Assembly: GCA_013239625.1 (NCBI GenBank)
Contig: MU053792.1
Span: forward strand, 886,112 to 950,111
Direction: 5' to 3'
Source: Lama guanicoe
Lineage: Eukaryota
Length of the DNA: 64,000 nucleotides
Shown in pieces: positions 27,475 to 41,553 of the stretch; within the stretch, counting starts at the first letter, position 1, and each line of letters begins with the position of its first letter. The notes under the pieces are model-generated. The model was not told where the DNA came from. It was given only the letters and a program-made list of their open reading frames with translations, and searched no databases. The position numbers and the translations under genes are program-made.

Positions 27475-29812
27475 AATAACACACATATACTCATTTTCAT
27501 GTTCTTTTTCACCATAAGTTACTAAAAGATGTTGAATATAGTTCCCTGTGCTATACAGTATGAAATTGTTTAACATATACATATGTGTTATATATATATA
27601 TATATATATATATAAATATTAGTTAGTATCTGCAAATCTTGAACACTCAGTTTATCCCTTCCCACTCCCTTCCACACTGGTAACCATAAGTTTGTTTTCT
27701 ATGTCCATGAATCTGTTTCTGTTTTGTAAATAAGCTCATTTGTCTTTTTTTTACCCAATTCCATGTATAAGTGATATCATGTGGTATTTTTCTTTCGTTT
27801 TCTGGTTTACTTCACTTAGAATGACAATCTCCAGGTCCATTCATGTTGCTGCAAATGGCATTATTTTATTATTTTTTATGGCTGAGTAGTATTCCACTAT
27901 AAAAATGTACCATAGCTTCTGTATCCAGTCATCTGTCAAAAGATATTTAGGTTGTTTACATGTCTTCACTATTGTATATAGTGCTGCTATGAACATTGGG
28001 GTGCATGTAACTTTTTGGATTAAGGTTTCTCTGGATATATGCCCAGGAGTGGGATTGCTGGATCATATGGTTAGTCTATTTTTAGTCTTTTGAGAAATCT
28101 CCATTCTGTTTTCCATAATTGTTGCATCAAACTACATTCCCACCAACAGTGTAGGAGGGCTCCCTTTTCTCCACACCCTCTCCAGCATTTATTGTTGGTG
28201 AACATTTGAAGGATGGCCATTCTGACATATGAGATGATACCTCATTGTAGTTTTGATTTGCATTTCTCTGATAATTAGCAATATTGAGTATTTATATGTT
28301 TATATATTATGGAGTTTAAGCCCTTGTCAGTCTCATCTTTTGCAAATATTTTCTCCCATTCCATAGGTTGTCTTTTTGTTTTGCTTATGGTATCCTTTGC
28401 TGTGCAAAAGCATATAACTTTAATTAGATTCCATTTGTTTATTTTTGCTTTTATTTCTATTGCTTGAGTAGACTGCTCTAGGAGAACATTGCTGAGATTT
28501 ATGTCAGATAATATTTTGCCTATGTTTTCTTCCAAGAGGTTTATAGTGTCTTGTCTTATGTTTAAGTCTTCAAGCCATTTTGAGTTTATTTTTGTGTATG
28601 GTGTAAGGGAGTATTCTAACTTCACTGACTGACATGCTGCTGTCCAGTTTTCCCAACACCATTTGCTGAAGAGACTGTCTTTTTCCCATTGTATGTTCTT
28701 GCCACCTTGGTCAAAGATTAATTGACCAAAAGTTTGTGGGTTTATTTCTGTGCTCCCTATTCTGTTCCATTGAGCCATATGTCTGTTTTTGTACCAGTAT
28801 CATGCTGTTTAGATTGTGGTAGCTCTGTAGCATTGTCTGAAGTCAGGGAGAGTTATTCATCTAGCTTCACTCTTTGTCTTCATTCTGGGTCTTTTGTGAT
28901 TCCATAAAAATTTTAAGATTATTTGTTCTAGTTCTGTGAAAAATGTAATTTGATAGGGATTGCATTAAATCTGTAAATTGCTCTGGGTAATATGACCAAT
29001 TTAACAATATTAAGTCTTCCAATCTAAGAGCATGGGATATCTTTCCATTTCTTTAAATCATCTTTAATTTCCTTATTCAATGTTTTGTAGTTCCCCATGT
29101 ATTTCTTTGACTTCCATGGTCAGATTTATTCCTAAGTATTTTATTTTTTGATGCAGTTTTAAAGGGGATTGTTTCTTTATTTGCCTTTTCTGGTATTTCA
29201 TTGTTAGTGTAAAGGAATGCCACTGATTTCTCCATGTTAATCTTGTATCCTGCTATCTTGCCAATTTCCTTTATCACCTCTAATAGCCTTTGTGTGTAAT
29301 CTTTAGGGTTTTCTATATATAATATGTCATCTGCATATAATTAAAAATTTACCTGTTCTCTTTCAATTTGGATACCTTTAATTTCTTTTTCTTGTCTAAT
29401 TGCTGTGGCTAGGACTTCCAAGACTATGTTGAATAGACGTGGAGAGCGGGCATCCTTGTCTTAATCTAGATTTTAGCAGGAAGGCTTTCAGCTTTTCACC
29501 ATTGAGTATTATGCTGGCTGTAGGTTTGTCATACATATTTTATTATGTTGAGATATGTTCCCTCTATACTCATTTTGGTTAGAGTTTTTATCCTAAATGG
29601 GTGTTGAATTTCATCAAATGCTTTTTCTCCATCTATTGAGATGATCATGTGATTTTTGTCCTTTCTCTTGATGTGGTGTATCACGTTGATTGATCTGTGT
29701 ATGTTGAACCATCCTTGTGTCCCTGGGATAAACCCAACTTGGTCGTGCTGTATAATCTGTTTTATGTGTTGTTGAATTCTGTTTGCCAATGTTTTGTTGA
29801 GGATTTTTGCAT

Positions 29813-29978
29813 CTAAGTTAATCAACATTATTGGCCTGTAGTTTTCTTTTTTGGTGGTGTCTTTGGCTTTGATATCAGGGTGATGGTGGCTTGCCTAAGT
29901 TAATCAACATTATTGGCCTGTAGTTTTCTTTTTTGGTGGTGTCTGTGTCTGGCTTTGATATCAGGGTGATGGTGGCTT
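29813..29978. repeat. Tandem duplication of about 80 bp within L1 ORF2
   Basis: ctaagttaatcaacattattggcc...ggtggctt occurs at 29813-29892 and again at 29895-29978. Confidence 0.92.
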
Positions 29979-32900
29979 CATAGAATGAGTTCAGGAATAT
30001 TCCCTCCTCTTCATTCTTTTGGAAGAGATTGAGAAGGATTGGTATGAGTTCTTTTTATGTTTGATAAAATTCCCCAGTGAAACCATCTGGTCCTGGACTT
30101 TTGTTTGCATTGAGGTGTTTTATTGCTATTTCTACTTTACTTCTAGTCATTGGTCTGTTCAAATTATCTATTTCTTCTTGATTCAGTTTTGGTGGACTGT
30201 ATGTTTCTGCTTGTTTTTACAGTTCTTCTCTGTTCTCTTCTTTTAGTTTCTTCCCTTGTGGTTTGATGATTTTCTTTTGTATTTGCTGGTGTTCTGTTCT
30301 CTCTAGCTTCTATGTATCTACTGCAGATTTTGATTTGTGATTACCATTGGGTACATACACATTGACCTATAAATATATCTACTCGTTTGAAACTGATAAT
30401 CATTTATGTTCAACACATTCTAAATGATCTATGTTTTTTACTCCCCTTCCCCACATTTTGGACTTCATATTTTACATCTTTATGTTTATTTGTTTACTGT
30501 TCATTGTAGTTATAGTTGATTTTCAATTTTTTCTCTTTTAACCACTATCCTAGCTTATTTGATCCAGAGCTTTTACAGCTTTACTGTATACTTTTCTTGA
30601 CTAGTGGAATTTTTTCCCCTATAGGTCTTCTTTCTGTAGCCTTTTTTTTCCCCTCTTAGAAATGCCCCTCTAACATTTCCTGTAGGGTTGTTTTAGTACT
30701 GATAAACTTTCAGTTCTTGCTTGTCTGGTAAGTTCTTTATCTCTCCTTTAATTCTGAATGATAATCTTGCTGATTATTGTATCCTAGACTGTACAGTTTT
30801 CTCTGTTCAACATTTTAAAACTATCATCACACTGCTTTCTGAACTGCAAAGTTTCTGCAGAAAAATCAGCTGATAGCCTTTTTGAGGTTCCATTGTATGT
30901 GACTATTCACTTTTTTCTTGCTGCTTTTGAATTTTTCTCTTTATCTTTAGATTTTGTCATTCATTTATGATATGCCCTCATGTGGATCTCTTTGGATTCA
31001 TCTTATTTAGGTCTCTCTGTGTTTCCTCTACCTGAGTATCTATTTACCTCTTCAGATTCAGGAAGTTTTTCAGACATAATATCATAAAATACATTTTCAA
31101 CTCCTTTCTCTTTCTCTTCTCCTTCTGATATCCCTATAATGCCAATGTTAGTATATTTCATATTGTCCAAGAGGACCCCAAAATTTCCTCATTTTTAAAG
31201 ATCTATTTACTGTCTGATTGGGTGATTTCCATTTTTCTGTCTTTCAGATCACTTATGTGTCCTTCTATACCAGCTAGTCTCCTGCTAATTCCTTCTAGTG
31301 TATTTTTCATTTCAGTTATTGTATTCTTCAGCTCTGACTAGTTTTTTTTTCTAGTTCTTTGTTAAAATTTTTCAGTGTGTTCATCTATTCTTTTCCCATA
31401 TTCAGTTAGCATTCTTATTACTAATGCTTTGAACTCTTTATCTAGTAAATTATTTATCTCTATTCCATTAGTTGTTCTTTCAGGGTTTTTTCTTGTTCTT
31501 TCTGTTGAAACAAATTCCTCTGTCTTGCCAATTTGCTTAATTTTCTCTTTCTTTGTGATATTTCATACCACAGTTACCCATCCTGGCCTTCAGGGGATGT
31601 CCTTGTGAGGGAGCATTTCAGTGCAGCCTATGTGTGCTCAGTGGCTTTGTGGGGAGAACTGGATCTGAAGTTATCATGTGTCATATTCTTCCCATGCCAG
31701 AGTGTACTAGCAGCTATCATGTGAATGGGAAGTGGGGCTGGTGATGGAGACTTGAGCCAGGTGAGCAGGGCTTCTCATATGCTTAGTGGCTGATATTACC
31801 TTATCATGGGTAGGATTGGGGACCAAGTTGCTGGAGCAGATGCTCCAGGTTTGAATCAGAGCTGGTTCTATTCCCTCTTAGTGTGTGCTCTCCCCCTCCC
31901 CCAAACCATGGCTCCTTCACCCCCCCGAGAAGAAAGTGCTAGAGAAGAGGGACATTATGGGTGCCTGGTGCATGTTGGTATGTGCCCTGGGATGATCTCA
32001 GCACACCAATAAGAGTTCCATATTTCTCCTGATATGCCACCTCCATGAACAACACCAGCAATGGCCACCCTTGCCTCTTTCAGATACCATGCTGGCTCTG
32101 TCCCCACCAATTGTGCACCCGCCTGGCTATGGCAGGCTTTTCCCTAGTTGGGAGTTGCCCAGGGCAAGAGAGGCTGGAGCAGGCGCTTGTTGTGGGCCAG
32201 GGCATATGCTAAGGCTGTCATGGGTAACCAGCCAGAGTCCCAGGTAGTTTCAATTTGGTTTCCTCTGTCTTGTTCCCACTAGTAAGCAAGTGTGTATGTG
32301 ATGTTCATGAGCAGAATCTTGGTTTCTTACAGCTCTCCTGTTAATCCCACTGCTTCTCACATTAGCTAAGGGGACTCATCTTCCCAGAGCCAGTCCCCAG
32401 GGCTGGGGTGTGCAAAATGTGGTTCAAACCCCTCAATTCCCCAGGGAAGTATGTGAGGCTGTGGAATCTCCTCCTCTTATGTATCCCCTCCTAGGGACAC
32501 AGGTCCTGACCTGATCACTTGTCTTCCCTTCCTACCCAGCTCCATGTGGATCTTTCTTTACAGCCTTGGTTGTAGAAGAGTCTTTCTGTCGGTCTGTAGT
32601 TTGTTTTCAGTGAGAATTACTCCAGTATATTTTTAATGTGTTTATGGGAGGGAGTGAGCTCCACATAGTCCTGCTCTGCCATCTTGATCTCTTTATGCCC
32701 TTCCTTGATTCTTGAAAATTTTCTATGATTATCACTGCCACCATCATTAACAACTGCATATTAAAGATGAGTGAAATTTAGAAGTAATGGAAGAGTGATG
32801 AAATCTTTCTTTTTTATGTCCCATTTGTGGTTTGTATGTGAGTACATATATGTTTTATTTACATACCTAGAAGTACTAGCGAAAGAATATGGTCTCTCAA

Positions 32901-34714
32901 TAGATTGAGTTTTGTTCTAGAAACTTCCAAGAAACTTAGAGGCATGAAAACTTTGCCTATTTGTTGGTTCACTGTAGTCTGTTTTTCAGATATTTAAATA
33001 AGAAAATTACTTTCCTACTTCGCCCCAGGAGTTTCTTTTCCAGTTATTGGTTCACTTTGCTCCCGGTTATTTTTTAAAGGCAGGTATGATTTTATCATTT
33101 CCCTATTTAAATTATTTTTTATTGGCTCCAGGCTGCAAATACAGTAAAAGAACTCATGTCCTTCGTGAAAGGAAAAGACCTTGTGATCTTTCCAACCCTA
33201 CCTGCGTGTCATTTCATCCTACCACTGAATTTCTTACATTTCTCTCAAAATGACATACTGCAATTACATCAGTTGTTACCATCTTGTATCAGAGTAAGCA
33301 TTCTAAATCCACACTCCTAAAATCCTTTAGGATAGAGTATTACACTATTAACCTTCATGCACAAAGTTCTTTAAGATTTACCCCTGCTTAACCTTCGGAG
33401 CGGGAGCCTCTCTCCCACTCCAACCTACATGTGCCAAACTGAAATTAAGCTAATCCCCAGACTCCTAATGCTGCTTTTATGTTTGCAGCTTTCTCTTATG
33501 CTGTTTCCTCTACCAGGACACACTTACCCCACCCAGTCTTAATTAACAATTACTTCTTCTAGAAAGCTGTCCTTATGCACTAGGTCTGATAGCCACTCTT
33601 CTGGGTTCACAAGTCCCCCAGTACACCAATAGTGTAGAATGCATTCATTGTTTTCATTTATGAAATTATTTTATGCTTTCTGTGTATCAGGTATTGTCCA
33701 ACTTCCTGTAACACAGTTGCTAATGAGACATTAGCAATTGCAAGTTCATTAAGGGCAGGAACAATGTATTTTTTGACCTTATAAAAAGGGCCCTTATTCT
33801 TACTTTTCATCTGTTGAATGGCTTCATATCCTCCAGCACCCAGCTTATGTTATTGTATTTATTTTGTTTCTATAATTGTTCTAATTAATCCTGAAAATGT
33901 ATGTTTATTCTATAGATCAGAAAATGAGGTTCATTGTAATTTTCCCAAGATCACAGACCTCCTAAACCTCAAAAACAAGACTGAAGCTCTGTCCCATCTG
34001 GTTGCAAAGAATAAATAAGTTCAAGTAAACAGACTCAAAATTAGTAAATAGCTTATATAGCCACAAAGTGACCATTCATTTAAGCACTTCTTATATCACC
34101 CTTAAAGGGGAATTTGGGCTTACAAACATTCTTTGTATTTATATTCAAATCTTTCTTCATCTCTCCTCCATCAGTCAGATGATTTAAATATGGTCGCCAA
34201 AAGCAACTAGTAATTGTTGATGTTTGTTCCAAGGTAATTTTCCTCAGGGCAAATTCTTAAAATCTTACTATCATTTAGATTTTAATTTTTAAAATATATT
34301 CAGTTCACATCTAGGAAACCACCTGGCTCTTTCACAAAGTAGTATAAATCTGTAGAATGTTCAAGTTATATCATTAGAAGTTAACTGAACCTATTCATTA
34401 CCTATCTTGCACCACACTGCACACAGAGACACACATGCACACATCATGTATGCCTCGTGTAGAAAGTATGGAAATTAAGATACAGAAAGTGACTTGTCCA
34501 CATTTAGTTGTCTGGTTAGTGTAAGAATGGGGACTAAAACTCAATTCTCAAAATTTGCACATTTTTTTACTCAAGTGCAATGACCCCAGCTAAAGATTCC
34601 ATGAACTTGGAGATATTGTTTTACTTTTTTCTTTTTCATTCTTATATTTTTCAAGTTTTCTGCATTGAGCATGTCCACTATCTATCTACTTGACTATCGG
34701 AAATGCATACTTTA

Positions 34715-34791
34715 TGACTGGGACATTGTGCTGTACACCAGAAATTGGCACATTGTAACTGACTCTACTTCAATTTAAAAAAAGACTAAAA
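34715..34791 (+). mobile_element. Very short L1 3' tail insertion (about 77 bp)
   Basis: Perfect 14-bp TSD aaatgcatacttta (34701-34714 and 34792-34805). The body matches the end of the L1 at about 52665-52720. Confidence 0.88.
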
Positions 34792-35112
34792 AAATGCATA
34801 CTTTAAGTCAATTTTAAAAGGAGTTAACAGGGAGTCTCTCCCATTCTGTTTCATGTTCCTTCTGTTAACCGCACTAGAGCTGTCTCAGTATGATTTAGTC
34901 AACCTATGAACCTGAAATACAAAGGGGCAAAAATGTTATCTGAATTAGGTAAACCTTAAAGATAAGCATTTATTAAGCACCCAAGATGTGATGGATCTAT
35001 AGATTTGCATCAGTAACCATTAGGATATCTGAAGTTTCATAATTTATTCATTTTACTTTCCCTCTTATTCCCAGAGGATTATGAATTCTAAATGAAAATT
35101 AAAAAGGAAATT

Positions 35113-35300
35113 GTAGAATAGATAAACAAGATTACACTATAGCACAGGGAAATATACACAAAATGTTATGATAAATCACAGAGAAAAAAATGTGACAATG
35201 AGTGTGTATATGTCCATGAATGACTGAAAAATTGTGCTGAACACTGGAATTTGACACAACATTGTAAAATGATTATAAATCAATAAAAAATGTTAAAAAA
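35113..35300 (+). mobile_element. Young L1 3' end fragment
   Basis: Near-identical reverse complement of 25610-25790, with aataaa, A-tail and an aaggaaatt/aagaaatt TSD-like pair. Confidence 0.88.
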
Positions 35301-36435
35301 AAAGAAATTAATCTTTCCTGATCACTAACCATTGTGAAATGCAAGCATTGTTGAATAGCCTATTTCAACAAGCAGAAAGCCTTTCCCTTGGTCTCCCCTC
35401 ATAGTTTACTCAGTTACTTAACCATGGTCCACCTCCCCCTTCTGTCCCAGGACTATAGAGTTATAATTTTATTAAAACCTTTCCCAGAACTTTCAGTTCC
35501 ACAGTATTCTCTGGGTTACACTGCCTCACAGTCTAGATCTTATCAATGTTCTGTGTAATAATTATTTTTAAATATATGAAAGAAAAAACATTGCCTATAC
35601 TCCTACAGACATAGTTAAAATTAACTGAGCCACCCACAGTTCTTTCAGATCATAACTAAAAGGGGTTTATAATCAGATTTGGCAATATTTTTTCCTTTAC
35701 CCTCAGCATAGCAACAGAATGGAGTGAGAGAAACGTGAGCCATTATTTATCAGTTAGACCTTACATCAGATGATCTTTTTTGTATATATCTTTTTATTGA
35801 AGTGATTTTTCTGAAAGCTGCAGCTTTGCCTGTGTGTCGTGCAGCTATGGGATAATGCTACCAGAGAAAATTTGGCAGGACTTCTATCTCAGCCACTGTT
35901 AAAATAAAATAATAATGTCATTGATTTAGTAACTAATGCAATAGTTGAATCTCTGTGGCTTTTAGAAAGTTGAAATTATTTGCCTGTCTGTAGGTCTGCC
36001 CTATCTTCTCATAGAAGCAAACAAATGTTCAACTGACATTTTACTAGCTAGAGACTGATAGACAGTGTTTTTCCCATTTCAGAAACATAAATGTGATTTC
36101 TGGTGCCTAGTTTCTTTCCAAGTGAAATGAGAATATTACTGATGAGCTGTCAAATTAGGTGGTGTGAAATAAACATTTGCTGATTAAATGGATTAATCAT
36201 AGCTGCTATTTACTGAATTCAAACCAGATGTGCTAGCTATTTTAGCATTCATTCTTATTGGCATGTAGGAAACCTAAGGCTAGAAATTTACAGAGGTGGG
36301 ATTGAGAACCTGGGCTGTTTTCTACAGTATCTCCCTGCCTCTCCTAGGGACATTATAATAAATACCAAAACTGAAAACACACATATTTGTGTAAGAATAC
36401 ACAAGAGTATGGTGTTAAAAAAGCAAACTTGATAC

Positions 36436-37085
36436 CGATGATCCCCCAATCCTATTCCTGAGTGTATATCCAGAGAAAATTCGAATTTGGAAAGATACAT
36501 GCACCCCACTGTTCATAGCAGCACATTTTACAATAGCCAAGACATGGACGCAACCTAAATGTCCATCCACAGATGACTGGATAAAGAAAATGTGGTATAC
36601 TTATACAATGGAATACTACTCAGCCATAAACTGGAATAAAATAATGCCATTCATTGGCAGCAACACGGATGGACCTAGAGATTATCATACTGAGTGAAGT
36701 AAGTCAGTCAGAGAAAGACAGATATCATATGATATCACTTATATGTGGAATCTTAAAAAAGGACACAATGAACTTATTATTTGTGAAACAGAAAGAGACT
36801 CACAGACAGAGAAAACAAACTGATGGTTACTGGCAGGGGGAGGAGGGAGGAATAAATTGGGAGTGTGGGGTTGGCAGATAGAAACTGCTATGTACAGAAT
36901 AGATAAACAACAAGGTCCTACTGTATAACACAGGGTATTATATTCAATGGCTGGTAGTAACTTGTAATGAAAAAGAATATGTATATTTAAATGTATATCT
37001 ATGCATGTGTATAACTGAATTATCATGCTGTGCACCAGAAACTAATACAATATTGTAAATTAACTGTACTTCAATAAAAAAGGAA
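36436..37085 (+). mobile_element. 5'-truncated L1 (end of ORF2 and 3' UTR)
   Basis: ATRMDLEIIILSEVSQSEKDRYHMISLICGI is the L1 ORF2 C-terminus. Ends cttcaataaaaaa. Confidence 0.9.
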
Positions 37086-37344
37086 GAACAAAATAAAGAC
37101 AAATTAAAAATAAAGCTGCCCTGTGAGTGAAAAAAAATTACCAAGGAATCTTTAAGGCTGCTTAGCAAAAATGTTCTCTACAAAAGTGTTGTAGGCAAGA
37201 GGAAATGATGGATATACATAGAACAAGAAATTTTTTAAAAGTCTGATTTTGGAAGAAGAGGATACTTTTTATCAGATTAATTGTCATGAGAATGTATAAA
37301 ATAAAAATGAAGAATGTTTATTCTCCAAAAAAAAAAAAGGCAAA

Positions 37345-37555
37345 CTCAAGAATCTCTGGGTTCTAATATGTATTTGCTGGGAAATTTTGTGTAGTTTTGC
37401 TTTGGCCCATTGATCTTTGGTTTCATTTGTAAGATAAGGCAAACAATAAGACCTATCTCGTAAGTTTGTTATGGGAACTAAAGTAGGTTGGTCATGTATG
37501 TAGTGTGCCTAGCACAGCGCCTGGTACATAATAAGCCCACCATTAATTAACTATG
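37345..37555 (+). mobile_element. MIR SINE relic
   Basis: Core-like sequence and MIR 3' end gtgcctagcacagcgcctggtacataataagc. Confidence 0.65.
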
Positions 37556-37956
37556 AATACACACACCCAGGGCTCTCTACAGCAACTTTGCTTCGTTGCC
37601 AATAGACTGGTCTGTTTTTTCTTAAGTAGCTAGACAGTAACGTGCATAAGTTGGCCAGTAAGACAGTCTTCTTTGTTATTTAAAGGAAAATACAGAGAAG
37701 TTTCCAAAATAATGGCGGAGACTCCCTCAGGAGGATAGGGACCACTACATCTTCCTCTTCTCCCTGGTTCCCACGATTCGTGCAGGTCATTGCTGCATGT
37801 TTGACTTTTACCAAAAACAAAATAAAATAAACAAAACACTTTTGCTTAGTTCCCTTGGCACGATTGAATCAAATTCACATTTTCAAAAGAAACTTTACTA
37901 AATACTAAGAGGGAACATAAAAGAAAGCAAGTACAGATGCTACAAACTAACGTGCC

Positions 37957-38038
37957 CGTGTCTGTGTGTGTGTGTGTCTGTGTGTGTATGTCTGTATGTG
38001 TGTGTGTCTCTGTATGTTTGTGTGTGTGTGTGTATGTG
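37957..38038. repeat. Imperfect (TG)n microsatellite
   Basis: Directly visible in the sequence. Confidence 0.9.
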
Positions 38039-38782
38039 GTTGACTTTTCTCTGAGCTATTATTCTTGGTTTTATTAATTCAGTTCCATAATATGTTTTTT
38101 GCCCTCTTTCTATAATTGTATTTGTTTCCAAAATTGAGTATGTATTTTTGTAAGGCATCTTAAATACTTAATGGAAAAAAGAGAGTGGAGGCATAAAATA
38201 AACTGAATAGAAGATAGCTAGATAGATGACAGATAAATATAGATAGAAAATAAATAACTTTCCAGAATTTTTTAAACTCAGATAATACCTCTGGACCAAA
38301 TAAGGTGACACCCTTTCCTCCCAGATTCCTCACCCCACCTGGTGGGCACGATCTTTTTCCCCACCACGCGGGAGTCCATCTCTGTTTCTTCTCATCCACT
38401 GCCATTTCCCAGGATTGTGAATGCTGTAGTGACAGATACAATCAGTTTTCACCCTTTCTGGCTTAAATGTCCTGCTCTGTCTGCTTTTAAACCACTTCAT
38501 AATTACAATGAACCTCCCTAAAAAAGTGTTACCCATCACAGACTCAAATATCTCAGACAATAATATCTTGATATTACTTTCACATAACACACATTTCTGC
38601 TTTTATTTCTTATATCAGAAGGCAATTATGCTCTCAACAGAAGACATTTTGATGCTATCGTGTGAATCTCCTATATCTTCCTCCATGCTTCATAAAATGC
38701 ATTCAGAGGCATTTAAGAACTAGTTTTTAAATTGACTTGAACTGAACTGGAAACATTTATATCCTTTTCTCATATATTAAAC

Positions 38783-41187
38783 TTTTTATTGAAGTATAGT
38801 TGATTCACGATGTTAGTTTCAAGTGTACGGCAAAGTGTTTCAGTTATACATACATATATGTATATACACACCCATATATATATTCTTTTCATATTCTTTT
38901 GCATTATAAGTTATTTAAAAATATTGAACACAGTTTCTTGAGCTATATAGTAGGCCCTTGATTTTTATCTATTTTATGTATAGTAGTGTGTATTTATTCA
39001 TCCCAAACTCTTAATTTATCCCTTTGGTAACCATCAGTTTGTTTTCTATGTCTGAGTCTATTTCTGGTCTGTAAATAAGTTCATTTGTATCATTTTAGGT
39101 TCCATATATAAGTGATATTATGTGATATTCGTCTTTGTCTGATTTATTTCACTTAGCATAATGCCCCCCAAGTCCATCCATGTTGCTGCAAATGGCAAAA
39201 TTTCATTTTTTAGGCTGAATAGCACTCCACTGTGTACATGTGTTTGTGTGTGTGTGTGTGTGTGTGTATACACACCACATCTTCTTTATCCATTGATCTG
39301 TTGAAGGACACTTAGGTTGCTTCCATATCTCAGCAATTGTAAAAAGCACTGCTGTGAATATTGGAGGGCACGTATCTCTGAATTAGTTTTCTCCAGATAG
39401 ATGTCCAGGAGTGGGCTTGCAGGATCATATGGTAACTACATTTTTGGTTTTTTTAAGGAAACTCCATACTGATTTCCATAGTAGCTGCACCAGTTTACAT
39501 TCCCATCAACAGTGTAGAAGGGTTCTCTTTTTTCTATACCTTCTCCATCATTTGTTATTTGTAGACTTTTTGATGATGGCCAGTCTGACTAGTCTGAAGT
39601 GATACCTCATTGTAGTTTTGATTTGCCTTTCTCTAGTAATTAGCAATGTTAAGCACCTTTCCGTGTGCCTGTTGGTCATCTGTATGTCCACTTTGGAGAA
39701 ATGTCTATTTAGGTCTTCTGCCCATTTTTGGATTGGGTTGTTTGGTTTTTTCTTACTAAGCTGTATGAGCTGTTTATATATTCTGGAGATTAAGCCCTCG
39801 TCAGTCTCATCTTTTGCAAATATTTTCTCCCATTCCATAGGTTGTCTTTTTGTTTTGCTTATGATTTCCTTTGCTGTGAAAAAGCTTACAAGTTTGATCA
39901 GATCCTATTTGTTTGTTTTTGCTTTTATTTCTATTATCTTGTGAGACTGACCTAAGAATGCATTGTTACAATTTATGTCAGATTGTTTTGCCTATGTTCT
40001 CTTCTGGGAGTTTTATGGGGTCATATCTTTTATTTAAGTCTTTAAGCCATTTTGAGTTTATTTTTGCATATGGAGTGAGGGAGTGTTCTAACTTCGTTGA
40101 TTTACATGCTGCTGTCCAGTTTGTTCAACACCACTTGCTGAAGAGACCGTCTTTTCTCCATTGTATATTCTTGTCTCCTTAATTGAAGATTAATTGACTG
40201 TAGGTGTGTGGGTTTATTTCTGGGCTTTCTATTCTGTTCCATTGATCCACAGGTCTGTTCCTGTGTCAATGCCACACTGTTTTGATTTCTGTAGCTCTGT
40301 AGTATTACCTGAAGTCTGGGAGGGTTTTGCCTCCAGCTTTGTTCTCTTTCCTCAGGATTGATTTGGCAGTTCAGGGTCTTTTAAGTTTCCATATAAATTT
40401 TAGGATTGTTTGTTCTAGTTCTGTGAAAAATGTCTTGGGTAATTTGATAAGGAATACGTTAAATCTGTAGATTGCCTTAGGTAGTATGGCCATTTTAAAA
40501 ATATTGATTCTTCCGATCCAAGAGCAGGGGGTATCTTTCCATTTCTTTGAGTCATATTCAATTTCCTTTATCAATGTTTTATAATTCTTAGTGTATAAGT
40601 CTTTCACCTCCTTGGTCAGGTTTATTCATAAGTATTTTACTTTTTTAATGTCATTTTAAAAGGGATTTTTTTTTTACTTTCTCTTTCTGATATTTATTGT
40701 TATTGGGGAAAATGCACCAATTTTCTATATGTTAATCTTGTATCCTGCTACCTTTCTGAATTCATTTATCAGTTCTAATAGCTTTTGCATGGAGTCTTTA
40801 GAGTTTTCCACACAGAATATTATGTCATCTGCATATAATAACAATTTTACCTCTTCCCTTCCAATTTGGATCCCTTTTATTTCCTTTTCTTGCCTGATTG
40901 TTGTGGCTGAGACTTCCAAAGCTATGCTGAATAGCAGTGGTAAGAGTGGGCAACCTTGTCTTGTTGAAATTTTAGTGGAAAGTCTTTCAGCTTTTCACCA
41001 TTGAGCTTTTTGTTGGCTGTGAATTTGTCATAAACATCTTTTATGATGTTGAGATATGTTCCCTCTATACCCACTTGGTAAGAGTTTTTAACCATTAATA
41101 GATGTTTAATTTTATCAAATCCTTTTTCTGCATCTACTGAGATGAGCATATGGTTTTTATCTTTTCTTTTGTTGATGTGGTATCACG
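38783..41187 (-). mobile_element. 5'-truncated L1 of about 2.4 kb
   Basis: ORF2 peptides ([31 protein letters not shown]), 3' UTR at left. Ends about 170 bp before the 41356 acceptor. Confidence 0.93.
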
Positions 41188-41355
41188 TGTTAGATTTGGA
41201 ATGATGGAATTGAACAGCTAAATTGACGCAATTGGATCTCTTACCTTTTTCTAGCCGTCACTTAATTAGAAATCATATTGGTTATTAATTTATGTTATTG
41301 AACAGCTGAAATGTGTAATAATGACCTAAACTTTAAAAACTCTCTATTTTTATAG

Positions 41356-41553
<198 letters not shown>

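Larger units (their letters stand above)
27111..30208 (-). mobile_element. Younger 5'-truncated L1 nested in L1
   Basis: A new T-rich tail and 3' UTR begin in the middle of the host. Long ORF2 pieces (28275-28778, 29529-29828) are nearly identical to those of the + strand L1 at 49455-52781. The host sequence resumes at about 30209. Confidence 0.88.
22578..32692 (-). mobile_element. Full-length decayed L1 (about 6.5 kb host) interrupted by younger L1 insertions
   Basis: 3' UTR at left, ORF2 remnants, ORF1 remnant (about 30650-31560), GC-richer 5' UTR (31580-32692) ending in gccatcttgatc. Confidence 0.92.

Noticed and set aside
28275..29828. Reverse-transcriptase-like ORFs as an active or novel RT system
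   Set aside because: These are fragments of ordinary L1 ORF2 broken by stops, frameshifts and deletions. The same holds for 39548-41149 and 50034-52267.
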